Source: Seison nebaliae
Lineage: Eukaryota
DNA: 64,000 nt
Assembly (NCBI GenBank): GCA_023231475.1
Contig: JALJEE010000145.1
Coordinates: 62,001 to 126,000, forward strand
Direction of reading: 5' to 3'
Under the pieces are notes generated by a model. It saw nothing but the letters and a program-made list of their open reading frames with translations, was not told the DNA's origin and ran no database searches. This document shows positions 50,135 through 62,842 of the stretch, piece after piece. Both the position numbers and the translations under genes were made by a program. Each line of letters begins with the position of its first letter. Position 1 is the stretch's first letter.

Positions 50135-50335
50135 ATGGTTGATAATTGTCAATTCTTTTCCGTTATTAATCATCATGGAATCGATAAGGATGAGGAAGAT
50201 TCTAAATTCAATCTTTTCATCCGTTTACTCATTTACATTCTGACCATCGTCACTATTATCTATTTAACTCGTATGAAAATTAAGAAGAAAACTACTCGAT
50301 TTATTCGACGAAATCGAATAAAGAAGACTCAATAA
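50135..50335 (+). CDS. Possible 66-aa single-pass membrane microprotein
   Basis: Acidic patch, hydrophobic 'LFIRLLIYILTIVTIIYL' and basic tail; AATAAA overlaps the stop codon. No homology recognised. Confidence 0.35.
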   Translation: MVDNCQFFSVINHHGIDKDEEDSKFNLFIRLLIYILTIVTIIYLTRMKIKKKTTRFIRRNRIKKTQ

Positions 50336-50702
50336 ATTACTAATAATTCTCGTTATCATCGCAAGAAATTATTCGTAATATAAAGAACTCTAATTCTTGA
50401 CTTAATTTAATTATATTTTCATCAAGACTAAACTTTATCATGTCGGAAAGTTATTCCTTAAATGAATCGATAAGAATTTTATTTGAATAAAAACTTAATT
50501 TTTAACAACGTTCTTCCATTAACAAAATAGAAAGAGATGAATTAAACACTAAAACAGTGAGCATCTTCTGTTTACATTTACATTTCTCTTCAACTACATA
50601 ACGAAATTATATTAATTGGAAATTCGAAGAATTAATATACAAAAAATTATTGACACGCTCAAATGTTTCCCGTATATTCTCTCGAAGAAAATCAGATAAA
50701 TT

Positions 50703-52077
50703 TTAGCCCATGATTAGACCGAAACCGAATTTCATCGTTTGTTTTGCATGATTGAAGATGGTGGATAGTGAGAAGGTGATGGGAGTGTCTTTCAATCCTT
50801 TCTCTATAGTTGACGTCGTATTCAGATTCGTATCGAATGAGGCATTGAATTTGAATTGAGTTTTAGGAATTTCGTACTAGAGAGAAATTTGTTCAATTTT
50901 CTAATATGAAACTTTCATTTAACTTGATAACAAAGTGCTGCACTACTTTCACCCGTCGTCATACTCGTCTCCATTTCTACACCAGCTTCCAATCCTTTGT
51001 TCATCGTTGTACTTCTTACATACGTCAATTTTACACTGCCAGCCATAGGACTACAAGTTCCACTAAATTGCCATACCGGTTTCGATTCAGATAATTCCAC
51101 TGAAATCAAATATTTTCAAAATTGATTTTAAAAAATTTGGAACTTGAAGGAACGTCATCTTTAGAGGGTGATGATGTAATTGTTGGTGACGATTGTCTCA
51201 ATAATTCAGCAGCTGCAAATGTTCCTGGTTTACCAACCACTTCACCAGTAATAGTATCGTAACTGGAATAAGCGAGACCAAATGATGATACTCCAACAAG
51301 TCCACCAGGGATTTGTAAACCTGCAAATATTAAATTAGAAAAAAATTTGAAAAAATTTAATAACTTTTTTGGATGACATATTCTGCTCCGATTTTCAATC
51401 GGTTAGTCATTCTCTGTAGATATTGAAGGACGACAATACCTGATTGAGAAAGGAAAGGATCGATGTTGACGAGTGTACAATTGACGGAGTAATTTCGTCC
51501 TCGATATTCATTGATCAGTTGATATTGTTTTCCTGCTTCCGATAAATTGATAGAAAGACGGTTTCGTAATCGATTTGTAAATTGATGTATAATCGTTGCA
51601 TTGACACCTCCATTCATATCCATTTCTCCAATCATTAAAGGAAACACTTCACCAGGTCCATACATTTGAGAACCGGCGTAATTCGCTCCAACTTTCAATC
51701 CCGATCCTTTACCAGTTTGAGTCACCAACATATTATATGACATCTAATCGAATGGAGAGGAATGATGGAGGAATGGAGAGAATGAAAAACTTGAAATCTC
51801 GAAGATAAGGGTCGATTAAACGCTATTTTCAATCCATCAATATCAATCGGTTGAATTTCACGAAATCTTCGTGTCATATCTTCAAACATTCCAGGATTCC
51901 GAGATAAATCAGCTTTCTCTTTCATTGTGAATCCCTTCGAAAATTCAATGGAAATTTTAAGGTTTTCGAAGTAAAAAGAAATTTAACCATTTCAGCCAAA
52001 TTGGGAGGAACTAATGGATTTGGTGCCGCTGCTGACTCATCTTTCTGTGAAGTATTTTTTGAATCATTGCCTGTCAT
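50703..52077 (-). CDS. TOMM40: Mitochondrial outer membrane translocase TOM40 (6 exons)
   Basis: 'NPGMFEDMTRRFREIQP..DGLKI.FNRPLSSRFQ', 'FPLMIGEMDMNG', 'EYRG', 'GIVVLQYLQ' and C-terminal 'FGFGLIMG*'. Confidence 0.93.
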
Positions 52078-52930
52078 TCTTTTACTACTTTTCTAGTGCA
52101 ATACTCATGAAAATATTTTATGATATAATAAGCTTCAATATTATTCGAATCCGAACAATCAATCATCATTTCTCTCTTTTTCCCTTAATTACTTATTATC
52201 ATTCTATGATCTTTTTTTCAAAATTCACGTTACTTTTCTTATATCTAATTTGTTCAATATAGTAATAATGTTCAATAACCCTTTCATAGTATTAGGACAT
52301 TTACTTACAAATTATTAATACTGAACTGTTTACAAACAAAGTTTAATAATTTATTCTATTCTTTTAGTCAATGGAAAACGGACATGAGTGAAATTAATCA
52401 TTATTCTGATATTAAAACATCAAATTGAACTCTAACAATAAATTCTTAGTATTCTAGTTAAAGTAAGTATTCTCTACTGTAAGTTATTTAAAGTTTTTTT
52501 TTGTTTGATAAATTCATCTTACAGTGACAAAGATTCTTTGACTTACTGAAGAGAATTAGATATTAAATTTTAAGTGTTGGTATTAAAATAGTCTGACCTG
52601 AGTTAACAAGTTGAAATATTATAATTAAGTGAATTATATTTCAAAACGGAACTATTATAGAGAATTATATCGTTATATATACTTATATAATTATATAGAG
52701 ACTGAACATCAGAACTCAATCTCTCAAGAATATATTATAATTATATATGAAGATTTATATAAGTATTTTTTAGTATATTTACAAAAATATTTCAATTTAT
52801 TTTCTAATAATTATTTGATAGCGAATTAAGTAAATGCTCTCAATAAAGTGAGAGAAGATAATTGACAATGTGAGTAAAAATAATAAAATGAAATATACGA
52901 CATTAAACGAATTGTTCCGAAATTACTTGC

Positions 52931-55432
52931 TTAGAGAACGACATAAGCTTCATCATATTGATCCGGCTCTTTAGATAATTTCTTTCTATGATTAATACGT
53001 TTTCGATTATGTTTTTGTTCATTGATCTCGTTTTGAGATATAGAAGAGAATGACGAATAATTCGATTTACTCCTTCTCATCAATTTCAACGACTGTTTCT
53101 GCTGACTAGATGTTTTGAGTCGATTCTCGTGATGAGCGTTGTTGTCGCTGGAATTTGTGTATTTAATGTGGAATAATTTAGTAGCTAATTTAGTCGATTT
53201 ATTCTTGAAAGTTTTCTTTTGTGCTTTCTTGAAATCATATCGATATTTTTTCGCGTGATGAAGATGAGGTTCGATAACCACACCATCATTCGATGTAGTT
53301 AACGAGGATGATGAAGTGAATAATTGAGAATGTCGTTGAATGGATAAACGAGAAATGAGACGTCGAGGTTTCTTTAAATTTCCTTTCGAATATTTTTTAT
53401 GTTGTGACTTTCTTCCTTTTTTCTTCTCACTCATTGGAAATTGATGGAAATTCATTTGTAAATTCTTTGTTGATTCATTCCATTCTTTCTCTTCACTCAA
53501 ACGACTCGATTTCGTTATTTCAAATAATTTATAAGATTCAATAATTGATAACGGCGCTTTAACAATGACAGGTGAATCATCATGTTGTATCTCATCCAAA
53601 GATGATGGATTGAGGAAAATATTCGATTCTAACGACGGAGATCTTTTTATTTGACATTTCTCTGTTAAATCATCACAAATTTCAAATGACGTGTTGTTGA
53701 GATCTTCACATTTCGTATTAATTCCAACTTCCATAGTTCTCGAATGTTTCGGTAGATTTGTTGATACAATTTCTGACGCTGCCGCAATATTATTCTCCGA
53801 TAATCGAAACATTCCTGAACTTTCTGGTACGTCTAAATTTTTCGATTTGTTACTCTTTGTTAAAGAAAGAATATTCGCAGCTGATGACACTAATTTCATT
53901 AAAGTTGGCGATGAATGCAGAGAAATGTTATCGTTCGGAGTAATCATCGAACAAACTGATCCAGATGACGGAGATGATGATGTTGTATGAATTCCCGATA
54001 CATTCTCTTCGGAAGATGTTGTAGTTGAGGAACATGAAATAATTGAAGAATTATCATTAAAATTAAATTTATTTTCCTGTGACACATTCTCAGTCTTCTC
54101 CGTATGGAATCGAGCACGATCCGTTGAGAATGAATGTAATCGATCTATGACCGATTGTTTATTGGAGTTACCCGAATTAAATACGAATCCAAAACATAAA
54201 GAAGGATTAATAGAAGAAAATGGAATTTTTCTTGCATTTGTAGTTCGGTAAGAATGTAAAGGAAATGATTTCTTCGTCATATCCACCGATGTCTGACAGA
54301 TATGTGGATCAAGATAAATTAATTTCTGTTTTTGAAAACCGACGAAATAAAGAGAATGTCTCGGTCGACCTCCCAATATTCCGACGGATCGAGAATCGGC
54401 CAATATCGATTGTATCGATGTATGATAACATTCATTGATACATTCAATTCCCAATCGCGTCGAAACGAGAATCAGAAGTGTCGAATTTTTATGACTCTCC
54501 CATTTGTCAAAAGGAATATCAGCTAAATGAATTCGACTATCGTGAACAGATATGAAGAAATTGGGTAGGAGAGCTGTTGCGTCGAGTGCATGAGATAAAC
54601 ATTTAGCGGCGGATAATGTCGAATGCCATTTACCACAGGAAATATTTTGAAATTTGAATGAGACATTTGTCAATTGATAAATTCCAAATGGTGCCGTATC
54701 ACGAACATCACTAAATAATCGTAAGACTCTTCTCAAATCGTCTTCATTTTGAGTACATTTCAAATGAATTTTTATCGCTTGAGCTAAAAGCATTTGTGCT
54801 GACCGTAACATACATCCCCAACCAGAATCAGTGGTATAAATTCTTCTATCGGACGGATGTATCATAGGTAAGTTAACGGGTCGAATAGGTGAGACAATTC
54901 TCGTTGTTGCTGATCTTTCTGGAATTGTATTATTTGTTGGAGGAGTTAATGATGATTTGACTGAAGACGAACGATTACAATTATGAGATGTGCTGATTAA
55001 ATTGTTATTATTCCTCTCGTTAATCATCGATAGAGAAGCGATGGAGGAATTCTTTGTCATTCGAATTGTATTACTACGATAGGTGAACCAGAGAATACAT
55101 TGGAAATCGTAAATGAAGGAACGGAAAGCAATATTATAATTATCATTCGTCTTATAATGATACATTTTACCTAGTAACCAGATGGCGTTCTGTTTACCAA
55201 AGTTTCGCACACTAATCACAAGAGGAGATGGTAGACTGTACTTCAACACATTCACCGCATTGTTCACTTTCGAAATGAAAGGTTGCTTCAGTTCGTGCAA
55301 CTTGTTCTTGCTCGGCCGTTTTCCTTTCATTTTCGTGGGAGTCGCATTCGCACTTGATGTCTCTTTCATTGAATGATACATTTTTCTCCGATGACGATGT
55401 TCATCGATGGGCATCATTCTCATCAGAAGCAT
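52931..55432 (-). CDS. ATG4: Cysteine protease ATG4 (C54 family; single exon, 833 aa)
   Basis: 'IWLLGKMY', 'LWFTYR', catalytic 'TTDSGWGCMLRSAQMLLAQA', 'GILGGRPRHSLYFVGFQ..LIYLDPH' and C-terminal LIR-like 'DEAYVVL'. Confidence 0.93.
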   Translation of the reverse strand: MLLMRMMPIDEHRHRRKMYHSMKETSSANATPTKMKGKRPSKNKLHELKQPFISKVNNAVNVLKYSLPSPLVISVRNFGKQNAIWLLGKMYHYKTNDNYNIAFRSFIYDFQCILWFTYRSNTIRMTKNSSIASLSMINERNNNNLISTSHNCNRSSSVKSSLTPPTNNTIPERSATTRIVSPIRPVNLPMIHPSDRRIYTTDSGWGCMLRSAQMLLAQAIKIHLKCTQNEDDLRRVLRLFSDVRDTAPFGIYQLTNVSFKFQNISCGKWHSTLSAAKCLSHALDATALLPNFFISVHDSRIHLADIPFDKWESHKNSTLLILVSTRLGIECINECYHTSIQSILADSRSVGILGGRPRHSLYFVGFQKQKLIYLDPHICQTSVDMTKKSFPLHSYRTTNARKIPFSSINPSLCFGFVFNSGNSNKQSVIDRLHSFSTDRARFHTEKTENVSQENKFNFNDNSSIISCSSTTTSSEENVSGIHTTSSSPSSGSVCSMITPNDNISLHSSPTLMKLVSSAANILSLTKSNKSKNLDVPESSGMFRLSENNIAAASEIVSTNLPKHSRTMEVGINTKCEDLNNTSFEICDDLTEKCQIKRSPSLESNIFLNPSSLDEIQHDDSPVIVKAPLSIIESYKLFEITKSSRLSEEKEWNESTKNLQMNFHQFPMSEKKKGRKSQHKKYSKGNLKKPRRLISRLSIQRHSQLFTSSSSLTTSNDGVVIEPHLHHAKKYRYDFKKAQKKTFKNKSTKLATKLFHIKYTNSSDNNAHHENRLKTSSQQKQSLKLMRRSKSNYSSFSSISQNEINEQKHNRKRINHRKKLSKEPDQYDEAYVVL

Positions 55433-56903
55433 TTCAAATTTTTTGCATATTTAATTTTCACAAATAATTAATTCACTTTCTTCCACCATCACTCAACGAA
55501 GGAAAACAACAAATTTTTCCTTCACACAATCTCTTATTGTTATTCTCGATAATTCGCTATGTTCATGAACTTTATTATCACTTCAAACACTCTCCAACTA
55601 CAATTCTTCTTCGCCTTCCAAATTCAATTTCATTCGTCCTCCACGAATCGACAACTCGTTTTTAATTGAAATATGAATGTGTTTTGCTTTCTTGTCAATA
55701 ATATGCATTCATGTCATCAAATGGACAAAAAAATTTTGAGAGTTGTTGTTGAACAAATTAAATTAATAAATATTTATCGTAAGAAAACAGTCAAAATTAA
55801 AGAAATTTTTTCTTTTTTTATCTCACAAATAAGAATTTTGGACAGTCAGTGAAGAAAAGAAGAGGTTTCCCATTGGAAAGAGATTCATTTATACTCTTAT
55901 TCCCCCTCATATATCCATACATAGCAACATAATATAATTAGAGTTAGAAAGGGAATAATTCGTATTCGGTTCTATGAATTCTATCTACCGTTCTATAATA
56001 CAATTGTCCATATACGTATATTAGTCCGTATAGTCGGGACAAGGAGCACACTTCACCAAATACACACTAACTACCCACAGCACTCTATGTAAATGTTCCT
56101 CGTTGTATAATAATTTTAGTTATGTATATGACTCACAATTGCGTGTATAGTTGAAGCGTGAATAGAAGAGAAGTTATTAAAATAATCAAAAATTCTCCGC
56201 CTTCTCTCCTCTTCCATTATCTTCTTATTCAATTTGAAAGAAGGCTATCAATAAGTTTTCCTAATATTCCCTTAGCGATAATCTAACGACTTTACAAACA
56301 ATATTATATTTCTCCAAAACGAATAAAGAATGGAAACTAATACTATTTCGGAAATGATGAAAAATTGATTTTTTCCGTTGCCATCAATCTCTGAAAATGT
56401 GAGATCTCCGTGAGAAAATTGTCAATTTCTATACTACAATTTCATTCATACAGAAATGGAAATTATAAAAAAACTTTCTTCCTCTTCTATATATGAATCA
56501 TGCACGTGGATGATGACGATAATGGTATGTACTTAGCTAATAAAACGGTAATAAAATATGAGAAGATGATTTGTCAATTCAACTTCCTTCTTCATCAAAA
56601 GTGCACAAATATCCATGAGGCTAATGCTAATGATAAGAGAAGGAAAGTTGAATGATAAATATTAGAAAATTTGATAAAAAACGGAGAAGAAAAATAAGAT
56701 TGGACGAGAAAAAATAGATCGAGACGATTCTCTATTGGAATGAAAAAGAAGAAATATCTATTTATTATTCTTCCATTAACTCTAGTGGAATTTTGTGTAA
56801 ATTGATGAGAATGCACGACATTTATTTTAATTGATTTATATTATGGTATCATTAATCTTTCGACAGAATTGGGTACGATTATCATTTCTGGTTTCTTCCC
56901 AAA

Positions 56904-59900
56904 TTACGTGTCACACATTAGGATTTTTTTCAATTCCTCTCCAGTATGAACGACGACATTATTCAACACCTACACAAAAAAAGGAAATTTTAGATAATTA
57001 CGAATGAAAAGGAAGAAATTCAATATGCATGTTCGTTAAAGCCGAAAAAGATTGAGAAAAAATATTTATTACATTTTCATTCCTAATTCTATTTCTTCCA
57101 CATTTACATAATTTATCGACAAGAAACCGGAAAAGGATGATAAATAAAAGTAATTGAACTTTCGAATAAGATTCTTTGTCATCTGCTTTCTGTATAATGC
57201 AATGCGTAATATTATCGTCAGCAATGTCTGTCATTATTTCACCATCGAAACTTTCAATCAAAATATAAATTAATTAGAAATAAAACAGTTAGCGGCAAAA
57301 AAAGAAACATGTAAATTAGACGAATCAATTCTTTACGATTCTCAACATTCTCTTCTATATAAAATTTCGTATTTTCCAATGCTCTTGGTATTTTCTTTGA
57401 AAGAAGAATTTAAATGTGAGTAGAAGAAGAAAAAACTTTTAATATGGACGAAATTTCTTCTGCATCATCATCATCTTCTGATTCTGATTCGGATGAAGCC
57501 GATTCTTTTAGTAATGGATTGTCCAAAACAACATCGTCTTTCTTCTCATCATCTTTCTCAATAATTTCTTTATCATCTTCATCATCGTCAACCTCATGAA
57601 TTGGTTCGACATCTACATCGATCTCTTCTTTTCCTTCATCAGAAACTTTGAGAATTTCAATTTTCTCCTCGTCATCTTCCATCATCTCATCATCATATTT
57701 CTCCAGATTCTTCGACATATTTCGAGTTGATGTTTTGTACAAATATTTTAGATGTTGCAAATCAGTTGCGGATGTCCAGTCCTTATCTTTTCGGACTCGT
57801 GTCACTCGAGGAAATCGAATGGAAATTCCACCAGCCGAATGTTTATCTGATTTGGAGAATTCTGCTCCCGTAATTTCCCACACGGGCGATTTCTAAAAAT
57901 TCACAAATTTTCAATTATATTTTTAGAAGAAATTCAAACTCTTGGATCTTTGACAATGAAGTCTGGTGCTATCGAACGATCAATTTCACAATTGAAAGGA
58001 ATTTCCGAGAGATCTTGACTGATTTTTTTCACTTGTAATGTTTTTTGCAACGAAACTATTTCGGAATCGGTAAAACCGTTCGCACATTTCGTAACGGTTA
58101 ACCATCTTTTATTTGTATTGTCGAAACAACCCATAAGGAAAGTACTCATTAATCCACCTTTACTTCCAGTACCATAATAAGCTCCAAGAACCACCAAATC
58201 AGCCGTATCGGCCATTGCACCTTTTGCCAAATAGTCTTTCTTCATTTTTAACCAATGTCGTTTTCCTGGTTCATAAACTGATTGTTTGTCCTTTATCATT
58301 ATTCCCTCCAATTTCTTATTAATTGCCATCCTCATTAATCGGTCGACATCACTCGAACTTTCTGCTTTGAACAATTGAGATAATCGAATATGATTCTTTA
58401 TCGGAGTGATATTCTTCTCTAACAATTTCCGACGTTCAATTAATGGTGTATTAAATAAATTCTGATCATTATATTGCAAGATGTCGAACACAAATAAACA
58501 GACTGATGCATCTGCGAACTTCATTCTCTTATGTGTTCCCAATGTACCAAATGGGAGAGGTTGTTCCGTTTTATTATCGACGAGTAAAACTTCCGCATCA
58601 ATAATCAATTTCTTCGCACCTACGAATGCTTTCGGTACATACTTCTCCACATACTGTAACTTATTAGCCGGAACGTTTTTAAGAGAACGCGAAAAGAATT
58701 GGAAATCATCTCCATTCTTATGAATTTGAATTCGTTCTCCATCATATTTCACTTCAACCATCATTCCATGAGGACAACCTCGAACTGCATCCAAACTTGA
58801 CTTACATGGTTTGGCCTGGAAATTTTATGAAAATTATTATAAAGAAATGAAAAAAATTTAACGAGCATAGGTAGAACGGGAGTCATTAATGATGCGCGAA
58901 TCGTCAACGCTTTCATCAATCTTCCTTTTTTCGATTTATAACGAATTTCATTTCTTTCAATTACATCCTTCAAATTACGTGACGCTTGAAACGCATCATA
59001 CACATCTGGTCCCAGAGAAGACAATCTAATAAATTTATAAGAAAAAATTAATTGTTTTTAGAAGAATAAATTTAACATTTGTTTTGGTCCTGAATTAATT
59101 CTCAAATCTTTCTTGACAGATCGAATAAATAATTGTAAATCGAATACGGTACATCTGTCCAAATAATTTGAATAAGAAAATATATTGAATAGAAAAAAAT
59201 AAGATTAGTAAAATCCAAACCTTCTTAATAATTTTCGAAAGAAATTTTCTTGATCTTGCGATTTACTTAATTTTGCTAATCGTTTTAAATTCTCATCAAA
59301 TTCCTTTCAAAAAATGAAAATTTTATTATATATTATTTTTCATTTATGAATGAGTTCAAAAAGAACTTTTATTGTCATTTTCGTAGTGTTCAATGGATGG
59401 ACATATTTACTCTTTTCATAATGCTCCGCCATTGTCTCGGCGACATTTCCCGATTCGTTAGTATCATCTGTCAATCGTCTGATGGATTTATGAAAAATCT
59501 GACGATATTATTTTTTTCATGAGAATAAAAAAATTGACAAAATATGTAACGGTGGAGAAGATTGATATGATGGTTTTAGTTTGGAGATTGTAAGTATTCT
59601 TATTGATTTGTGGTAACAATAATTTAATGACAAGATATTTCTCTCCTAACGACAATTTTTGCTCTAATAAAACATATTTTAGAAAATTAAAATTTGAATT
59701 AATTCGTCAACCTCTCAGAAAGGTTCGAATACATTGAGTTTTATCATTATGACCTGCAATTTTCTCTAATGATTTGATTAGTAAACCAAAATCATACATA
59801 TTCATTGATGGATTTTCAGTTACCTCATCTGTATCATGACCATCGTCATCTTCAAGTTCATCAGTTGATGATGATGATGATTCTTCATCATCACTTTCAT

Positions 59901-60370
59901 CTCCCTCATCATCATCATCGTCACTTGATTCTTCTTCTGACGTTGATTGTCTGCGACGCTTCACATTTTTATTGTGTTTCTTTGGTCGTTTAGTGGTGGA
60001 TGATCCTAAGTTAGTTCGAAAATTTTATAAGTTTTTTATAAATTCTATAAAAATTTTGGTAACTTTTCTTAGATGACGATTGCTTTGAAATCAAATGAAT
60101 AATTTCCTTTCTATCTTCCTTATCTAGAATAGAGAAGCCTTGTAAATCTTCAGTGGAATCGATGATCTTAGTAGTTGGACGTGCTCTAGTGAATGTGTCG
60201 AAAATACATGGAACATGATACCAAGATTTCATTTTATCTTCTCCAGAAGAAAAGACGTTTTGGGAAAGTTTCGCTATTCGAGTAGTACCTTTCTCTATTT
60301 GTTTCTTACACCTCTTGCAAGATGATCTCCCAGTCTTAGCATAATCGCACATGTATTCGTTAGAAGACAT
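56904..60370 (-). CDS. LIG3: DNA ligase III, full length (PARP-type ZnF, DBD, NTase, OB, BRCT; about 12 exons)
   Basis: ZnF 'DYAKTGRSSCKRC..WYHVPC', 'KKDLRINSG', motif I 'EVKYDGERIQIHK', 'YEPGKRHWLKMKKDYL..GAMADTADLVVLGAYYG', 'GISIRFPRVTRVRKDKDW' and BRCT-like 'LIRLIYIFDGEI'. Confidence 0.95.
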
Positions 60371-60961
60371 TGTTAACTAGTTGATTTTTTTCAAAATGAG
60401 ATTTTGTTTGATAATAGGAATAATTTCTTAAGGAATGAATGAAGTTTTAGTTTATTTCGATTTACTTAAATATTCTATGTTAAATTTAATATTACGCAAT
60501 TCTACTCAAGTATCAACACGACCGGACAAGAATTGTCTCTTTACAGTTACATAACTTCAGCTTATATTATAATTAGATAGAAAATACATGCAGCAACAAG
60601 ATGAAAAGAGTAGCCATTGTAGCGTAATTCAAGGTCGTTGGAAAAGAGAAATCTTTTTAAGATCTCTGATGCATTTTCAATTTGTAAGTAAATAGTTGTT
60701 CAACTCGTTCTGTTGAATCTACAATTCTCTAAACAAATAATAGTACTCAATGAGTAGTACTCATATCCTTGAACCTATAGCTAGCGTGCGAAATATTTAG
60801 TTGACGCTTTGTGTACAATTTATATAGTAATAGTAGAGTTGTTATGACAATAGCATAGTATAACTAATATCGATTGGAAGTTCCAATTTGAGACTCATAA
60901 ATTTCGATTATAAATACAACATGTATGTTCTTTCGTAGTAAATTTATCGAAACATTTTTTT

Positions 60962-62385
60962 TTAAAGAGATGAATTATATAAATTTTGTAAATGAAATAA
61001 TGTCGTCGCTGTTTCCCAATTTTTATCCGTGCGCACTCGTTGAATTTTCGGTAACTTTATTGAAATGTTGTTAGCGGAAAATTGATTATTCTTCCAAAAC
61101 GCTTGTCCCGAAACTTCCAACACGATAGATGTCTAACATATCATGAATGATATAGAGAATCATTATAATAAAGAGAGAAATATCTGAAAACTTTTGGATT
61201 ATCGATCAATAACGTTGGTATGATTTGTGGATGGATGTCAATGTTATAAGAAATCTGGTGGATGAAAAAAAATTACAAATTAAATTTCAACTTTAATTCT
61301 TTTTTATGTTAACTTGATTAAATGGTGAAAATTTTAATTTCTTTAATTTCTTACTTCGTATAATTTTATTAACATCTTCACATTGTAGAACGGTAACCCA
61401 ACATCCATTTTGACGATCGAAACAACCTAACAAAAATTTTTCATAAACTAAAAAATAAAAGTTAAAAAATTTGACTAAAAAATTACAGAAATTAAACTTA
61501 TTTTTTTGAGGTTTACGTTCTCCTCCTGTAAATACACGCCCAATAGTATCAGGTCAACATTGTCAGCCATGGCACCAGATTCCAGAGAATTTATTTTCAT
61601 TTTCATCCATAATCTTTTTCCCGATTCATATGGCAAATTGTTGTCTTTTATCATTAATCCTTCTCCATCTTCGCTCTTCATTCTTCTCAATAAATTCTCC
61701 AATTCATTTGAATTGGACGCATGGAATCTTTCTGATAAAATGATTTTATTAGGAATCGTATTGGAAATATCTTCCAAAATTCGTCTTCGTTCTATTTGAG
61801 GTTTATGGAGTAGTAGTTCGTTGTCTAATTTCAGAATATCGAATATTACGATTAGAATGTCAATGTTGCGGAAATTATTCCTTCGATGTTTTTCCAATTC
61901 ATTAAAGGCAATATATTTGAATGAAATTTTATCAATTAATAAATATTCCGCTTCTAACACTAATTTATCAGCTTTCGGACAGAAATATGAAAGGTATTCT
62001 TCAGTTGCTCTAATTTGGAATTCCTTCCACGATTTCTTTGGACCAGTCCTCGGAAATAACCAAAATTTCTTGCTTCTTATCATCTTCATCGATCTGGTAA
62101 ATAATCGAGTTTGTTGTGCTGCTAAATGAATTTGAATTCTTTCTCCATCATATTTCTTTTCAACCAACATGCCTCCTTCACATTTTTTGGTTATTTGCTC
62201 AAATGATTTACAGGGATAACCCTAATTAAATAAATAAATAAATAAGAAATTATGATATGAAGACAAAAGAAACTCACCAACATAAATGGAATTGGATCGC
62301 TAAACTTCTTTGCAATTCCTATTCGTTTGAAGATCTTTTCACGATCCAGTTGAATTTCCTCCAATTCATTGTAAGCGTCATTCAT
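60962..62385 (-). CDS. Divergent, truncated DNA ligase III paralog (NTase+OB only, about 399 aa, 5 exons)
   Basis: Exons 62385-62278, 62221-61498, 61447-61314, 61254-61192 and 61132-60962 total 1200 nt with no internal stop. Motifs 'EKKYDGERIQIH', 'FDIL', 'EGLMIKD', 'GAMADNVDLILLG' and 'SIKLPKIQRVRTDKNW'. Start codon uncertain. Confidence 0.8.
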
Positions 62386-62842
62386 CTTACCAATACCTAA
62401 TACCAATTATTTTGAAGTTGATTTTAAATTATCATTTGTAGAAAAAAAAATTATCATTTCCAAAAAATAACCAACTCAAATCGTCATAGAAATGTTTTTA
62501 AAATATAAATTAGTTTCCATGGAAACATTGAAAAACAACTGATGGAACAAACTGAAAATTAATGTCAGAAAAAATGTAATGCATTCCACAGTTTGAAAGT
62601 TCCTTATTTTCTTTTCAGCTTTCACTTATTTTCACTTTCCTCACCTTATTTATCTCACAGATATTTATTAACTGTCCAATTGATGAATACTATTTCTGTC
62701 GATTAATTGTTCCTGTCAAAGAAAGTTCCAATTATTAAAATCCGATTCTTATTTTATAAAGTAAAAAATTATTAAAAAATTGTTAAATTAATTTTAGTTA
62801 TCTTAAAACTATAAACATTAAAAGAAAATATGAAGTTATACG

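Noticed and set aside
60962..62406. Ligase paralog as a pseudogene or a horizontally acquired viral ligase
   Set aside because: The spliced frame is intact over 1200 nt and two intron positions are shared with the adjacent LIG3, indicating a maintained local duplicate.
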